In this document: piece by piece, positions 10,719 to 22,211 of the stretch
Layout: every line of letters starts with the position of its first letter
How positions within the stretch are numbered: position 1 is the first letter of the stretch
NCBI GenBank assembly: GCA_002269645.1
Contig: NIVC01001885.1
Span: forward strand, 1 to 46,200
Direction: 5' to 3'
DNA length: 46,200 nucleotides
Source: Macrostomum lignano
Lineage: Eukaryota
Notes under the pieces: model-generated
Seen by the model: only the letters and a program-made list of their open reading frames with translations
The model's database searches: none
What the model was told of the DNA's origin: nothing
Made by a program: the position numbers and the translations under genes

Positions 10719-12557
10719 AGATTGAGTTTCATGAAATGAGAATTGAAAATTGAGTTCAGTAGTTGATTTTTGCGCTGTTGCGAGTTGCAAAATTTTTACA
10801 TTAGCTTTTATGGCCACATAAGTGGTTAATGAGTGGCCCATCTTGTGTATATATGACCTTTGATCTATACCTGTTACTGACTGTGCTTTAGACACGTACA
10901 CAGCGTGGAAATGGGCATGGAATTAAAAAAGATTGCAATTATCGTGTGTAACGAAATTGCAATTTTTTTTACAATTTTCTTGCTATATATCGCATTTTAG
11001 CACAATCCACTTATCTGGTGAATACTGGGCGCATATACAACCGAAACGGCGTTTCGTGTCGACTGCTTGTTGACCAACAAACGCCGTCCTCGTTGGTGCG
11101 CCGCGTCGACCTGCTGTTCAATTGAGCCTGTCAACGTCCTGATATCGGAGTTTTAAATTTTGGTCCAGTTTGCAATCACGTTTTTGAAGTTTTTTCATCG
11201 AAAAGTACTAATATTTGGTGGTGTTTAAGGAGAATTTAAGCATAGTATCGGATGAAGCATTTAAAAAATTCTGTCCCAAAAGCAGAATGAATGAAATATG
11301 AATATTTAGCCAGTCTCAACTGTCAGAAAGTTGGGCTGCTTGTGACGAGACATTGACAGCTACTCGGGTGGCTGCTGAGAGTTGCGCATGCACACATTTT
11401 TATCCTGTGCTTTGTAAAAATTTGATTGTCAAATTTCAAACAACCCATCTGAATTTTTTGCCCAACATGCGCTTCAAACAGAATCCTTTGCCAACGAGTA
11501 TGAATGCATTGAGCACGGTGGAATCTTTCATGGCCTGCCTTGTGCAGCGCACTTTGATGCGTTTCTTTGAATTCTCGATTGTCCAGACTACTTCAATGTC
11601 ATTCCAATTTCTATATGAATTAAGTGAGCGCATGTGCACCAAAGTTTTAACTCATCACGCTCTCTGGGTGTTGGAAATTACTGAAACTTGCGTAAAAAGT
11701 CAATAGTTTGAGCATCAGAGTATAGGGCTTACTGACGCTAAAACTCTAATCGATAAGCCGTGTAAATAAAGTTAGCATCACGGACTCCGGAAGCATTTTT
11801 AACAAAGTTATAGTGAGATTTCAATTGTTCCTGTCTCTTTTGTGTATTTTTTCGACTGATTCCTAGATTATAATTACCTAGATATAATTACCTAGATTTA
11901 ACACTCCAGCATTCGCTAATGTATGTAGCGGCCATCTCCCAAGACCCGATAACCCCGCGGTTAGGGCCATAGACACTGGCCGCTGCTAATGCTTGAGAGC
12001 AGCAGAAGCTACAGTCTATGGTCTTAACCCCGGGGTTTTTGCGCTGTGGCTAGGCGGCTGGATTATAGAATCTTTGACCGAAGTCTGTCTACACTAAATA
12101 AGGTTTCACCATAGACAAAGTCGGTCGAAAGCATACTGAATGCACTAGCGATACGACTTAGGAGAATGGTCATTTCTAGGAAAATAGAGTGTATAGGCGT
12201 CCTTCTACTTTTAGTTGCAGATGTGCCGCTCTGCAATGTAACGATATATGAAGATTTTTTCGGCAGCAATTGCTGCCGTGAAAGAATCTGTCTATGTCGT
12301 TATTGTACCCTTTTGCCATGGATGAAGGACGTACCCTTTTGCCCTTCATCCATGCCTTTTGCATGAAATTTGTTTTTGCCGGATTTCTAGTCAATTCTGC
12401 TGTCTATGGCACTTTGAAAGAGCAGTAAAGCTAATAGTCAGTCGTCTATGGTAGTTGGAAAGGACAGTGACGACGACTCGACTATCTGTCATAAATAATT
12501 CCCTAGTGGATTTTTCAGCTTTCAATTAAATTACCAATAGAAAAAGGAGCTACATGT

Positions 12558-13060
12558 ATGTTCGTTTCGCTACAAAAACCCTGGCGGAGGAAATGTGGAC
12601 TCTCCACGGACGAGTTGGCTTTGTCAACCGAGAGTCGAGCAGTCGCTTTTCTGGAGATTAACAATTTTGATGCGTCGTTTAGTACCGAAGTGCTGCCTGA
12701 GCTGACTAGCGAAGATCTACAAATGCTGCACCGGATTAAGAATGAATCTGCGCCGAAATCGACCGAGACTCAATGAAAACTTTGCGTGGCAAGGTTCCGT
12801 CAGTTCCTCAACGAGAAGAGGAGTTTAAAGCGCTTGCCGGGTCGATTCCTGAACGATAATCTGAGGCTTTTCTATTCGTCTCTTCGAAAGCAGGATGGAG
12901 CACACTACGCGCTGAAGTCTTTTATCTGTTTTCGTGCGGCAATTCAACGGCACCTGCACTGGAACCCGTCCGTCAATCGCCAGGTGAACATCATTACCGG
13001 AGAATCATTCAAGTGTTAAAACGGAGTTCTTGTCGAACTTATATGTGACAGAAAAATAAT
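12558..13060 (+). pseudogene. Crypton/DUF3504-type tyrosine-recombinase N-terminal remnant
   Basis: Reading through in-frame stops gives ...KNESAPKSTETQ*KLCVARFRQFL...LNDNLRLFYSSLRKQDGAHYALKSFICFRAAIQRHL...QVNIITGESFKC*NGVL. This resembles the RKxDGxxYxxxS...RAAIQRHL...NII...F segment of Crypton/KCTD1/ZMYM-related proteins. The catalytic C-terminus was not seen. Confidence 0.7.
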
Positions 13061-13303
13061 ACTACTCCTTTTGTTGTGTTTGTTGTTGTGCGTCACTGTT
13101 AGATTTCGATTCTTTTCTAGAGCCAAATGCATCTGTTAATTTTCCGGCAGCAATATAAAACAGCCGGCAAACAATTGAATTGTCGCCAAGAGGATCACTG
13201 CCGAAACCAAAGACAAAAGAGTACAATAAAAATTTTATAAAGCTTTTATTCTCTGCAAACTTATCGAGCACACCTCGAACGGAACACATAAGCTGCCTTG
13301 ATT

Positions 13304-13962
13304 AACATAGCTTTTTGCAGCCCATTTGGGCTTTCGCGCATTGAATTTAATCCAAGATACGTTTGCCAATGCAATGGAGCTTTTGTCTATGGTAGCAAGG
13401 CTGGCGCAGCGGCATTTAATTTGGTCCAACAAGCATCAATTTGGTCAAACCATTGGACAAACTCTTGCCTTCTCACAACCGTCTGCAGGTTGTTGCGCAC
13501 CGCTGGAATGCCAGAGTCTCTACTAACAATTTTCAGTTGCTTTTCCAGAGCTCTGCTGATAGTTGAAATCTGATAACCAACTGTTCTTTTAACTTCTGCT
13601 GCATTTCGGCAACGTCAACAAAGGGTTCGTCTCAACTGCATCGAGTAGCAGTTAGACCTGAGGCTCTCGAGCAACTTGCCTTGGCAGAGTTTCAACGCGC
13701 TGCTGGATGCTGTAAACCATATTTTCGTTTACATTCAGCAACCTTGCAATGTCCTTTGGGTGTTCACCTCTGTCGAGTGCTTCGACCACAAGCCAATGGC
13801 ATTCGTTCAACAGCCTAGCATGGTCCACAATTGTGGGGCTGAGCTGCAAATGAACCAAATGACGGAAGGACAAGCAAACAAAGACGGACAAACGAGGCGC
13901 GCTTCTTCTTGCCAAGGCGGACAAATGAAGCGCGCTTGCCCAAGCGTACTAAATGCTATATT
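13304..13962 (-). mobile_element. Second copy of the Tc1/IS630-like element, right TIR replaced by a neuropeptide-gene fragment
   Basis: 13304-13860 is a direct, diverged copy of 9100-9724. 13881-13949 matches the ASFVRLG repeat region at 14489-14590. GCTATATT at 13955-13962 equals the terminal 8 bp of copy 1. Confidence 0.75.
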
Positions 13963-14275
13963 CATTTTAATTTTGTCTGCTTAGTTCAGACTTATTCTTA
14001 TAGACAATAGAGCTAGCATGCAGCGAAATTGAAGAAGCCGAAAAGCAAAAAAGTTTCTGTTGGCTCAGAATAAAGCCAACTTTATTATAGATAGAGCTCC
14101 AGTTGCTTTGTACGCTCGTATATTTTTTCTGTTATTCAATTTCAGATCGTCTGCAATCAGACTTGGGCAGAAGATGACGCTGGTTTGGGGGCGGCGGGGG
14201 TTAACATTGTTCCTATTAATTCATTATCCAGTCTTTGAAACTGGGGGCGACTTGAAATAATAGCAGCTCAAGCCC

Positions 14276-14755
14276 TCAGCCCAGTCGGACAAAGCTCGCC
14301 CTCTTCTTGGCGTCGTTCAGCTGCTCATCGTCCAGGTAGCTCTCGTCCTCCGGCTCGTAGCTTGGCCGCTTGCCAAGACGGACGAACGAGGCGCGCTTAC
14401 CTAGGCGGACAAATGAGGCGCGCTTCTTCTTGCCGAGGCGGACAAACGAGGCGCGCTTGCCAAGACGGACAAACGAGGCGCGCTTTCCAAGACGGACAAA
14501 CGAGGCGCGCTTCTTCTTGCCGAGGCGGACAAACGAGGCGCGCTTCTTCTTGCCAAGGCGGACAAATGAAGCGCGCTTGCCCAAGCGTACAAACGAGGCG
14601 CGCTTGTCGTTGGCTAGGCCGGCCTCCTCGCCGAGCTCCGCGCAGTAGGACAGACAGTCATCGTCCACCTCGTCCGAGAGGCAGTCGGCTGGCGCGCAGG
14701 CGAAGGCGGCGCTGACCGCCAGCAGCAGGCAGAGTCCAATAAGTTCGGCTCGCAT
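14276..14755 (-). CDS. npp-1: Neuropeptide precursor encoding 9 copies of ASFVRLamide (FVRL/FVRIamide family)
   Basis: Signal peptide MRAELIGLCLLLAVSAAFA. Nine ASFVRLG units are flanked by KR/KKKR cleavage sites with a Gly amide donor, and the last ends G-stop. Synonymous codon variation exists between units. The ATG at 14755 is preferred over the ORF-track start at 14824. The symbol is by recalled similarity to flatworm npp-1. Confidence 0.92.
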   Translation of the reverse strand: MRAELIGLCLLLAVSAAFACAPADCLSDEVDDDCLSYCAELGEEAGLANDKRASFVRLGKRASFVRLGKKKRASFVRLGKKKRASFVRLGKRASFVRLGKRASFVRLGKKKRASFVRLGKRASFVRLGKRPSYEPEDESYLDDEQLNDAKKRASFVRLG

Positions 14756-16727
14756 TCTGCGGTTTAAGGGGTTTTGGAATGATAACAGATGTACAGGATG
14801 AGGCCTTTTCAAGTCTATGGACATAAAAAGGTTGAAATGATATGCTTATAAATTAACGGTTGAGATTGTCTGTGGGGAAAAGTATGGTGGACGAAGGGAG
14901 ACGGCTAACTGAAAAGTAGCGAGGCTGAATTGCAAAACAGAAAGTACAAATATTTGCAGGATTGAAATCCGACAATAGTCTATTTGGCCCGGCCAAGGTT
15001 TGACAGTTGTTAGAAGTAGTTATGCAGCTTCAGTCAATTGTAAATGAAGCTATCAATAATTCTAAAACGCTTGCTTGATGGATGGGAATTTTTTTGGAGA
15101 AAAAAATCTAGGAGTCAGTTTCATCTCAAAGCGAAATTCGAAGTCTAAAGCTCCCGATCTCATGTTATTTACTCAGACAAGAGAGGGCTCGACACTGAGA
15201 TCAATCTTGCCCCATTTTCTAGTCTCTGAATATTTGCTTTCCGGTATTGTTTCGATTAAAGAAACTTTGACTTCCTTTTTGACTGAAGAGTTCGGATAAT
15301 TGGATTTTGAGAAATTTGATAACGCACCGCGGTTGCTGGCCAAGCTATACCCGACTTTCCGACTTTCTCCCCGAGAGACTTTGGCAGAAGTTCTCTGCTA
15401 GATGCGCGCTTTGAACGGAATCAGTTCGGCTCAAAAGTGTCAAACCGAATGCTTGCACCCCAGTCTCACTGAATTCTCGTCACTTCAAAGCCCCAAGGCC
15501 TTTTCTTTACTTTGATGGCGATAATTTCGTTAGTTGCTAAGCCACATTCTTCCAGTTTGCGACACCCACACAAAGCATTTGCATTCAGCTGCTGCGTTAG
15601 CGCCAACAAGAGAGAGAGTTTGCAGACTTGCCAACAAGTATCTGCCAATGGAGATCAGTGCAAACACCTGCTAACTGCTTGCCGGAAAGTGTTTACCACT
15701 GTCAGCAATGCCTGCAATTGTTTAAATTCAAACATGCAATAAATGAAGAGGCCTAAGTACTGAGTTGTTAGCTGGCTCCACTCTAGACAGCAGCAATTGT
15801 CTCACGACAAATACTACGGCTTGTATCTTCGGGTGTTCGTCAAAAATTGCTGCAATGGAATTGCCGAATTTAAACAACTTGCCAACTGCAGCACGCCCAG
15901 CTACTCCAGCCAAGCACTCGGGTTTATCGCTAGTCAAAGGATTTGCCAATATCAGCTCTCGGTCCTCGAGTCTGCAGGACTTCGCAGCGCTCTTGAGTTC
16001 TGATGATGGCGACAGGCTGAAAGTCTCAGCAGCCTCCATCTGCGCCTCTCCTATTCCCGTCCGCTTTCTTGGGAAAGGGCGCTTTAGGAAGTGGAGAGTA
16101 GGATAATGTTTCATGCAAAGCAGGGGGCATGGGAGGGGGGGGGTCAGCGGCGCCCGACTTCGAACCTTTGACTCTCTGCAGCCGCTTTGCCAATAAGCAG
16201 CAAGGCTCCGAGCCGTTCGAGCGTTGACAGTAGGAAAATATCAATTCCTTCTGTTCCGGACAGGCCCATAAAGTCTCCGGCTGGCTGAACTCAATAACAT
16301 TTTTTCTGTGCGCCGCCTTGGACTCGTTCGCGCACACGCGAAAAGATTTATAAGGCTCCTCTCACAGAGCGCCATATGGTTTCAGCTGGCTTTTGCTCCG
16401 AGCTGCCCCCGACTGGTTAATAGCCGCGAAATTGAGACCTACGATATCAATAAACGAAACTTCGCAACGCCAAAAGTGGTTTCGGTGTTCTCCGGCTGTC
16501 GAGCTGGCTGTCGAACTGGCTGAGAAGCCAGTTCCCCTAGCAACTGTTATTTGTGGGGCGTCACAAATTATGGCCGGTTCACAGCATCGATTTCTAGTTG
16601 CAGCCCCAGTTCCTCTTATTAAATCGATTTTGATATGCGGCGTAGCAGCTCGACTCAATATTAATAAATTATTAGGCACAAAAGTTGTGTTTTTTTCATA
16701 GCGGGAAAATTCTACTACAGGAGGAAG

Positions 16728-16728
<1 letters not shown>

Positions 16729-16769
<41 letters not shown>
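16729..16769. repeat. (CT)n microsatellite
   Basis: Direct reading of the sequence. Confidence 0.95.
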
Positions 16770-16770
<1 letters not shown>

Positions 16771-17918
16771 GCATCGCAAAACAGACTTCTGAGCAAACTG
16801 CTGGGCACTGTTTGTACAGGGCTTGGAGATTTTTCTTGTTCTAAAAAATCTACAATCTACAAGTCGGAATAGCGATTGTAAACACTTGAAGTCTTTTTAA
16901 GCGATCTCGTACTCTGCCTCGTCCCGATTCTGCAGTTCCTTAGCCTCCTTCCTGGATGAGAGCATTAAAATTTGCACAGAGCAAGCACTTTATTTGCTTT
17001 ATTGCATAGTTACATGTAGACCTAGCCTTGATGCTCACCCAGCCTCTTTAACGGCTGGATCTGCGAGACAATGCGCCGACAGGGGAGTGGCATGGGTAGC
17101 CCCTCAAGAGTCGCTAGTTAGTCAAGTCGACCAGCCCACCGACTTACATTGAGCTTCATCAATATTGCATCCGTTTGCATTGCTAGAAAGAAAGAAATAG
17201 AAAAATCAAGGCGGGGAACCGGGGGGGGGGGTAGGACCGGAGAATAGGGGATATCGGGGATAAAAAATAACGCCACAATGCTAGAGAACCTTTTGCCGGC
17301 AAATTGTCCTTCAAAATACTTATCTAACCCCATTTGAATGTAATAAAGCCGTTTACAAAAAATTTTATCTAGAAGCAATTTTTTTAAAAGCAAAAAAACT
17401 GCAATACATTAAAACAATTCTGTGACATCAAGTTCAAATTGACTTACCTGTAGTGCTTTCTCTGCCTTTGCGTTAGAAATAAGAGGAATTTCAAAAGCAA
17501 CTTTGGTCTGTTGATTGAAGTCCTATACAAAGCCGAGATTTTTTGGGAGCGGCACCCCTCCGGGCCCCGCGGGTCAGCCGCTTTTATCGGCTCTGGATCG
17601 GCGTCCCAACCCCCCCCCCGCCGTCGCTGCACTCGCCCGGCTCTTGCCAGTTGAAGTCACTCAGTCAGCTATTGGCTGGCTTGAAAGGGAGATTCAACTC
17701 TCCATGGCCCAGGAGGTGCAGCTGCTGTCTCTTAGAGCCAGCTATGGACGAGCAAATCAATCATTGCCGCTCTCAGGGTTAATCCGAGTGCTGAAAATTT
17801 TTTAACTTGCTATTAAAGAAATTTTTAAAGATAAACTTTCTAGATTCAGGGAAACTTGATGGACCAGTCCGTTTGTACTTTTATGGCGAAATTCTCCGTA
17901 TTCTGTACCTAGACTATG

Positions 17919-19066
17919 TATGAGAATGGGTATGAGGATGGGTATAAGAATGGGGATGGGGATGGGTATGAAAATGGGGATGGGTATGAAAATGGGGATG
18001 AGAATGAGCTTGAGAACAGATGAGAATGGAGATAAGAATAGAGATGAGAATGAAAATGAGAATGGGGATGAGAATGAGCTTGAGAACAGATGAGAATGGA
18101 GATAAGAATAGGGATGAGAATGAGGATGAGAATGGGGATGAGAATAGCGATGAAAATGGGCTTGAGAACAGATGAGAATGGAGATAAGAATAGGGATGAG
18201 AATGAAAATGAGAATGGGGATGAGAATGGGGGATGAGAATGAGGGATGAGAATGGGGGATGAGAATGGGGGATGAGAATGGGGGATGAGAATGGGGATGA
18301 GAATGGGGGATGAGAATGGGGGATGAGAATGGGGGATGAGAATGGGGGATGAGAATGGGGGATGAGAATGGGGGATGAGAATGGGGGATGAGAATGGGGG
18401 ATGAGAATGGGGATGAGAATGGGCTTGAGAACAGATGAGAATGGAGATAAGAATAGGGATGAGAATGGGGATGAGAATGGGGATGAGAATGGGGATGAGA
18501 ATGAGCTTGAAAACAGATGAGAATGGATATAAGAATAGGGATGAGAATGAAAATGAGAATGGGGATGAGAATGGGGGATGAGAATGAGGGATGAGAATGG
18601 GGCATGAGAATGGGGGATGAGAATGAGGGATGAGAATGGGGGATGAGAATGGGGATGAGAATGGGGGATGAGAATGGGCATGAGAATGGGGGATGAGAAT
18701 GGGGGATGAGAATGGGGGATGAGAATGGGGGATGAGAATGGGGATGAGAATGGGCTTGAGAACAGATGAGAATGGAGATAAGAATAGGGATGAGAATGGA
18801 GATAAGAATAGGGATGAGAATGGGGATGAGAATGGGGATGAGAATGGGGGATGAGAATGAGGGATGAGAATGGGGGATGAGAATGGGGATGAGAATGGGG
18901 GATGAGAATGGGGATGAGAATGGGGGATGAGAATGGGGGATGAGAATGGGGGATGAGAATGGGGGATGAGAATGGGGATGAGAATGGGGGATGAGAATGG
19001 GGGATGAGAATGGGGGATGAGAATGGGGGATGAGAATGGGGATGAGAATGGGCATGAGAATGGGAT
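17919..19066. repeat. 12-13-bp GATGAGAATGGG(G) satellite with an interspersed longer subunit
   Basis: Tandem units plus about six copies of GCTTGAGAACAGATGAGAATGGAGATAAGAATAG. The ORFs here are repeat artefacts. Confidence 0.95.
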
Positions 19067-19611
19067 AAAGACGAGTATCAAGTGGAGACGGTAGTTGAGA
19101 GTAGCAGTAGATGCATTACACCATCTCTCGCAGCTTTACTAAACTCTTGAGCCTATTTTTGTGCTGAAGGAAATTATTGAGCATCAAATTCTGTTGCTAG
19201 GGGATATTTCTTTCCAATAAAATATGCGCAGATTCGGTGCCCGGTAGGCCTGATTAGAATTGAGCATCTCTCTGTCTGCCAGTGAATGGCGCCAGTCCGT
19301 CTTAGGCAATCTGCCGGTCTTGAGTGATATTCCATGTAGGCACAGCTCCACTCTCCCCCCTCAAGTCTCCGGGCTTCGTCAACCAAGCCAACCAGTCAGT
19401 GCACAAAAAATACTCGTATTTGCCAGCAGAACAGGAGAATCTAATTTTCACTCTAACTCTTTCTATCTGGGGTCTGGAGTGGCTTTGGATGAAACATTGA
19501 TATGGCAACCATGGCAACCATCGGAGGTTTGTTGAGGTGAATTGCTGATCGGTTTTATTTGAGCCTGGATCTGATAGACTTAGTTCAGGTGCCAACCAAT
19601 TCTGTTTTTCT

Positions 19612-21070
19612 GACTCGATTGCAGATTCATGACTGACTCGATTGCACACTCATGTCTGACTCGATTGCAGATTCATGACTGACTCGATGGCACACTCATG
19701 TCTGACTCGATTGCAGATTCATAACTGACTCGATGGCACACTCATGTCTGACTCGATTGCACACACTCATGTCTGACTCGATTGCACACTCATGCCTGAC
19801 TCGATTGCACACTCATGCCTGACTCGATTGCAGACTCATGCCTGACTCGATTGCACACTCATGTCTGACTCGATGGCACACTCATGTCTGACTCGATTGC
19901 ACACTCATGCCTGACTCGATGGCACACTCATGCCTGACTCGATTGCAGATTCATGCCTGACTCGATTGCACACTCATGCCTGACTCGATTGCAGACTCAT
20001 GCCTGACTCGATTGCACACTCATGTCTGACTCGATGGCACACTCATGTCTGACTCGATTGCACACTCATGCCTGACTCGATTGCAGATTCATGACTGACT
20101 CGATTGCAGATTCATGCCTGACTCGATTGCAGATTCATGCCTGACTCGATTGCAGATTCATGCCTGACTCGATTGCAGATTCATGACTGACTCGATTGCA
20201 GATTCATGCCTGACTCGATTGCAGATTCATGACTGACTCGATTGCAGATTCATGACTGACTCGATTGCAGATTCATGCCTGACTCGATTGCAGATTCATG
20301 CCTGACTCGAATGCAGATTCATGTCTGACTCGATTGCACACTCATGCCTGACTCGATTGCAGATTCATGCCTGACTCGATTGCACACTCATGCCTGACTC
20401 GATTGCAGATTCATGCCTGACTCGATTGCACACTCATGCCTGACTCGATTGCAGATTCATGCCTGACTCGAATGCAGGTTCATGCCTGACTCGATTGCAG
20501 ATTCATGCCTGACTCGATTGCAGATTCATGCCTGACTCGAATGCAGATTCATGTCTGACTCGATTGCACACTCATGCCTGACTCGATTGCAGATTCATGC
20601 CTGACTCGATTGCACACTCATGCCTGACTCGATTGCAGATTCATGCCTGACTCGATTGCACACTCATGCCTGACTCGATTGCACACTCATGTCTGACTCG
20701 ATTGCACACTCATGCCTGACTCGATTGCACACTCATGTCTGACTCGATTGCACACTCATGCCTGACTCGATTGCACACTCATGTCTGACTCGATGGCACA
20801 CTCATGTCTGACTCGATTGCACACTCATGCCTGACTCGATTGCAGATTCATGCCTGACTCGATTGCACACTCATGCCTGACTCGATTGCAGATTCATGCC
20901 TGACTCGATTGCAGGTTCATGCCTGACTCGATTGCAGATTCATGCCTGACTCGATTGCAGATTCATGACTGACTCGAATGCAGATTCATGCCTGACTCGA
21001 TTGCAGGTTCATGCCTGACTCGATTGCAGATTCATGCCTGACTCGATGGCGGATTCATAACCGACTCGAT
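19612..21070. repeat. 23-bp satellite CATGCCTGACTCGATTGCA(GATT/CACT)
   Basis: About 63 tandem copies with two interleaved variants. Confidence 0.95.
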
Positions 21071-21984
21071 TGCGCCAATTATTTATGACGTGCGTCAGTT
21101 TTTCGTCTTGACTGCAAAACCATAAGACATGTTTTCTTGTGTCTATCTTTAGATGCGAAGTTTCCATATAGGCAAGGTTTGACGTAAAACGATTAACATA
21201 TCTATTATTATTCATAAACTTCGATGAGTTGCTTATATGGCATTTCAAACATTTCGCTGATCAATTTCTGCAGCAAGGTTTGGCGACATAAGGCGATTGA
21301 CTCGTGACTAAACATCCCCGTGAGCTTAAATTGCGGGAAGAAATTTCTCAATTGAGTTGCTAACAGCTCTGCTAACAGCTAGCAAACAGATTACATTGAT
21401 AGATACTAGCAATCTGCGCTCCCATTGGGGAAAGCAACAAAGAGAAGAACCATTTTTCAATAACCAATACGTGTGGCTTCTGACGCTGCACAGTCACTAT
21501 TGCTGGTTTCTTAAGGAAAATAATGTGTAGATCTAAAAAGCAGCAGCCCTAAGCTATCATCTATCTAGGCAACCCCCTCCCCATGAGCCACAGCATTTTA
21601 GCGATTCCACCATGAGCCTTGGCATCTCAGCAACTCTCAGCAAAATGATTTAAGATACCGCTAGACTTTATTAGAGGCAGGGGGGTTGTGTGTACCCTGG
21701 CGCACTTTAAGCGACATTGTCACACAAACCGGCGAGAGGCATTACTGTCCATTCCGCTGACTCCCCTGAGCAGGCATACAAACGCGCGGATACGTACCGC
21801 AGTCATACGCACAGGCACACACTCACACAGTAGTGTACAGCGGCCCTACCAGGTAACTTTATTTATGGCTTGACATGTACACTTCACTGTGCCTTGGGGG
21901 TTGGCCCTCAAGGGCGTTAATTGCACGAGCAGAGTCAAGCTGAGATTCCAATTTAGCCCCAAATTAATGTGACTGCACTTGGAA

Positions 21985-22030
21985 TCGAGCCTGTGCCGCT
22001 GGCACATCAGAGCACTGGGCTACGGTCCCA
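21985..22030 (-). mobile_element. Possible degenerate tRNA-derived SINE head
   Basis: Minus strand GGGACCGTAGCCCAGTG (A-box-like) ... GGCTCGATTCC (B-box-like). Confidence 0.3.
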
Positions 22031-22031
22031 T

Positions 22032-22211
22032 ATACCTCTAGACAGATAAGATACCTCTAGACAGATAAGATACCTCTAGACAGATAAGATACCTCTAGAC
22101 AGATAAGAAACCTCTATACAAATAAGATACCTCTAGACAGATAAGATACCTCTAGACAAATAAGATACCTCTAGACAGATAAGATACCTCTAGACAGATA
22201 AGATACCTCTA
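22032..22211 (-). repeat. 19-bp satellite, inverted short array (~9 copies)
   Basis: ATACCTCTAGACAGATAAG is the reverse complement of the 23051-25187 unit. Confidence 0.93.

Noticed and set aside
11353-11706. ORFs at 11353-11706 and 15728-16114
   Set aside because: No recognisable motifs or splice context, and the composition looks non-coding.
14756-14824. N-terminal extension MSIDLKRPH... of the neuropeptide ORF
   Set aside because: The signal peptide begins at the Met at 14755, which is preceded by a splice-acceptor-like AG.
15998-16025. CTGATGA...GAAA hammerhead-like core
   Set aside because: The intervening sequence cannot form stem II and no stems I/III were found.
17802-19081. Long ORFs of 255-417 aa (PILIPHSHP...)
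   Set aside because: Translations of a 12-13-bp satellite, open in several frames, with no codon or domain signal.
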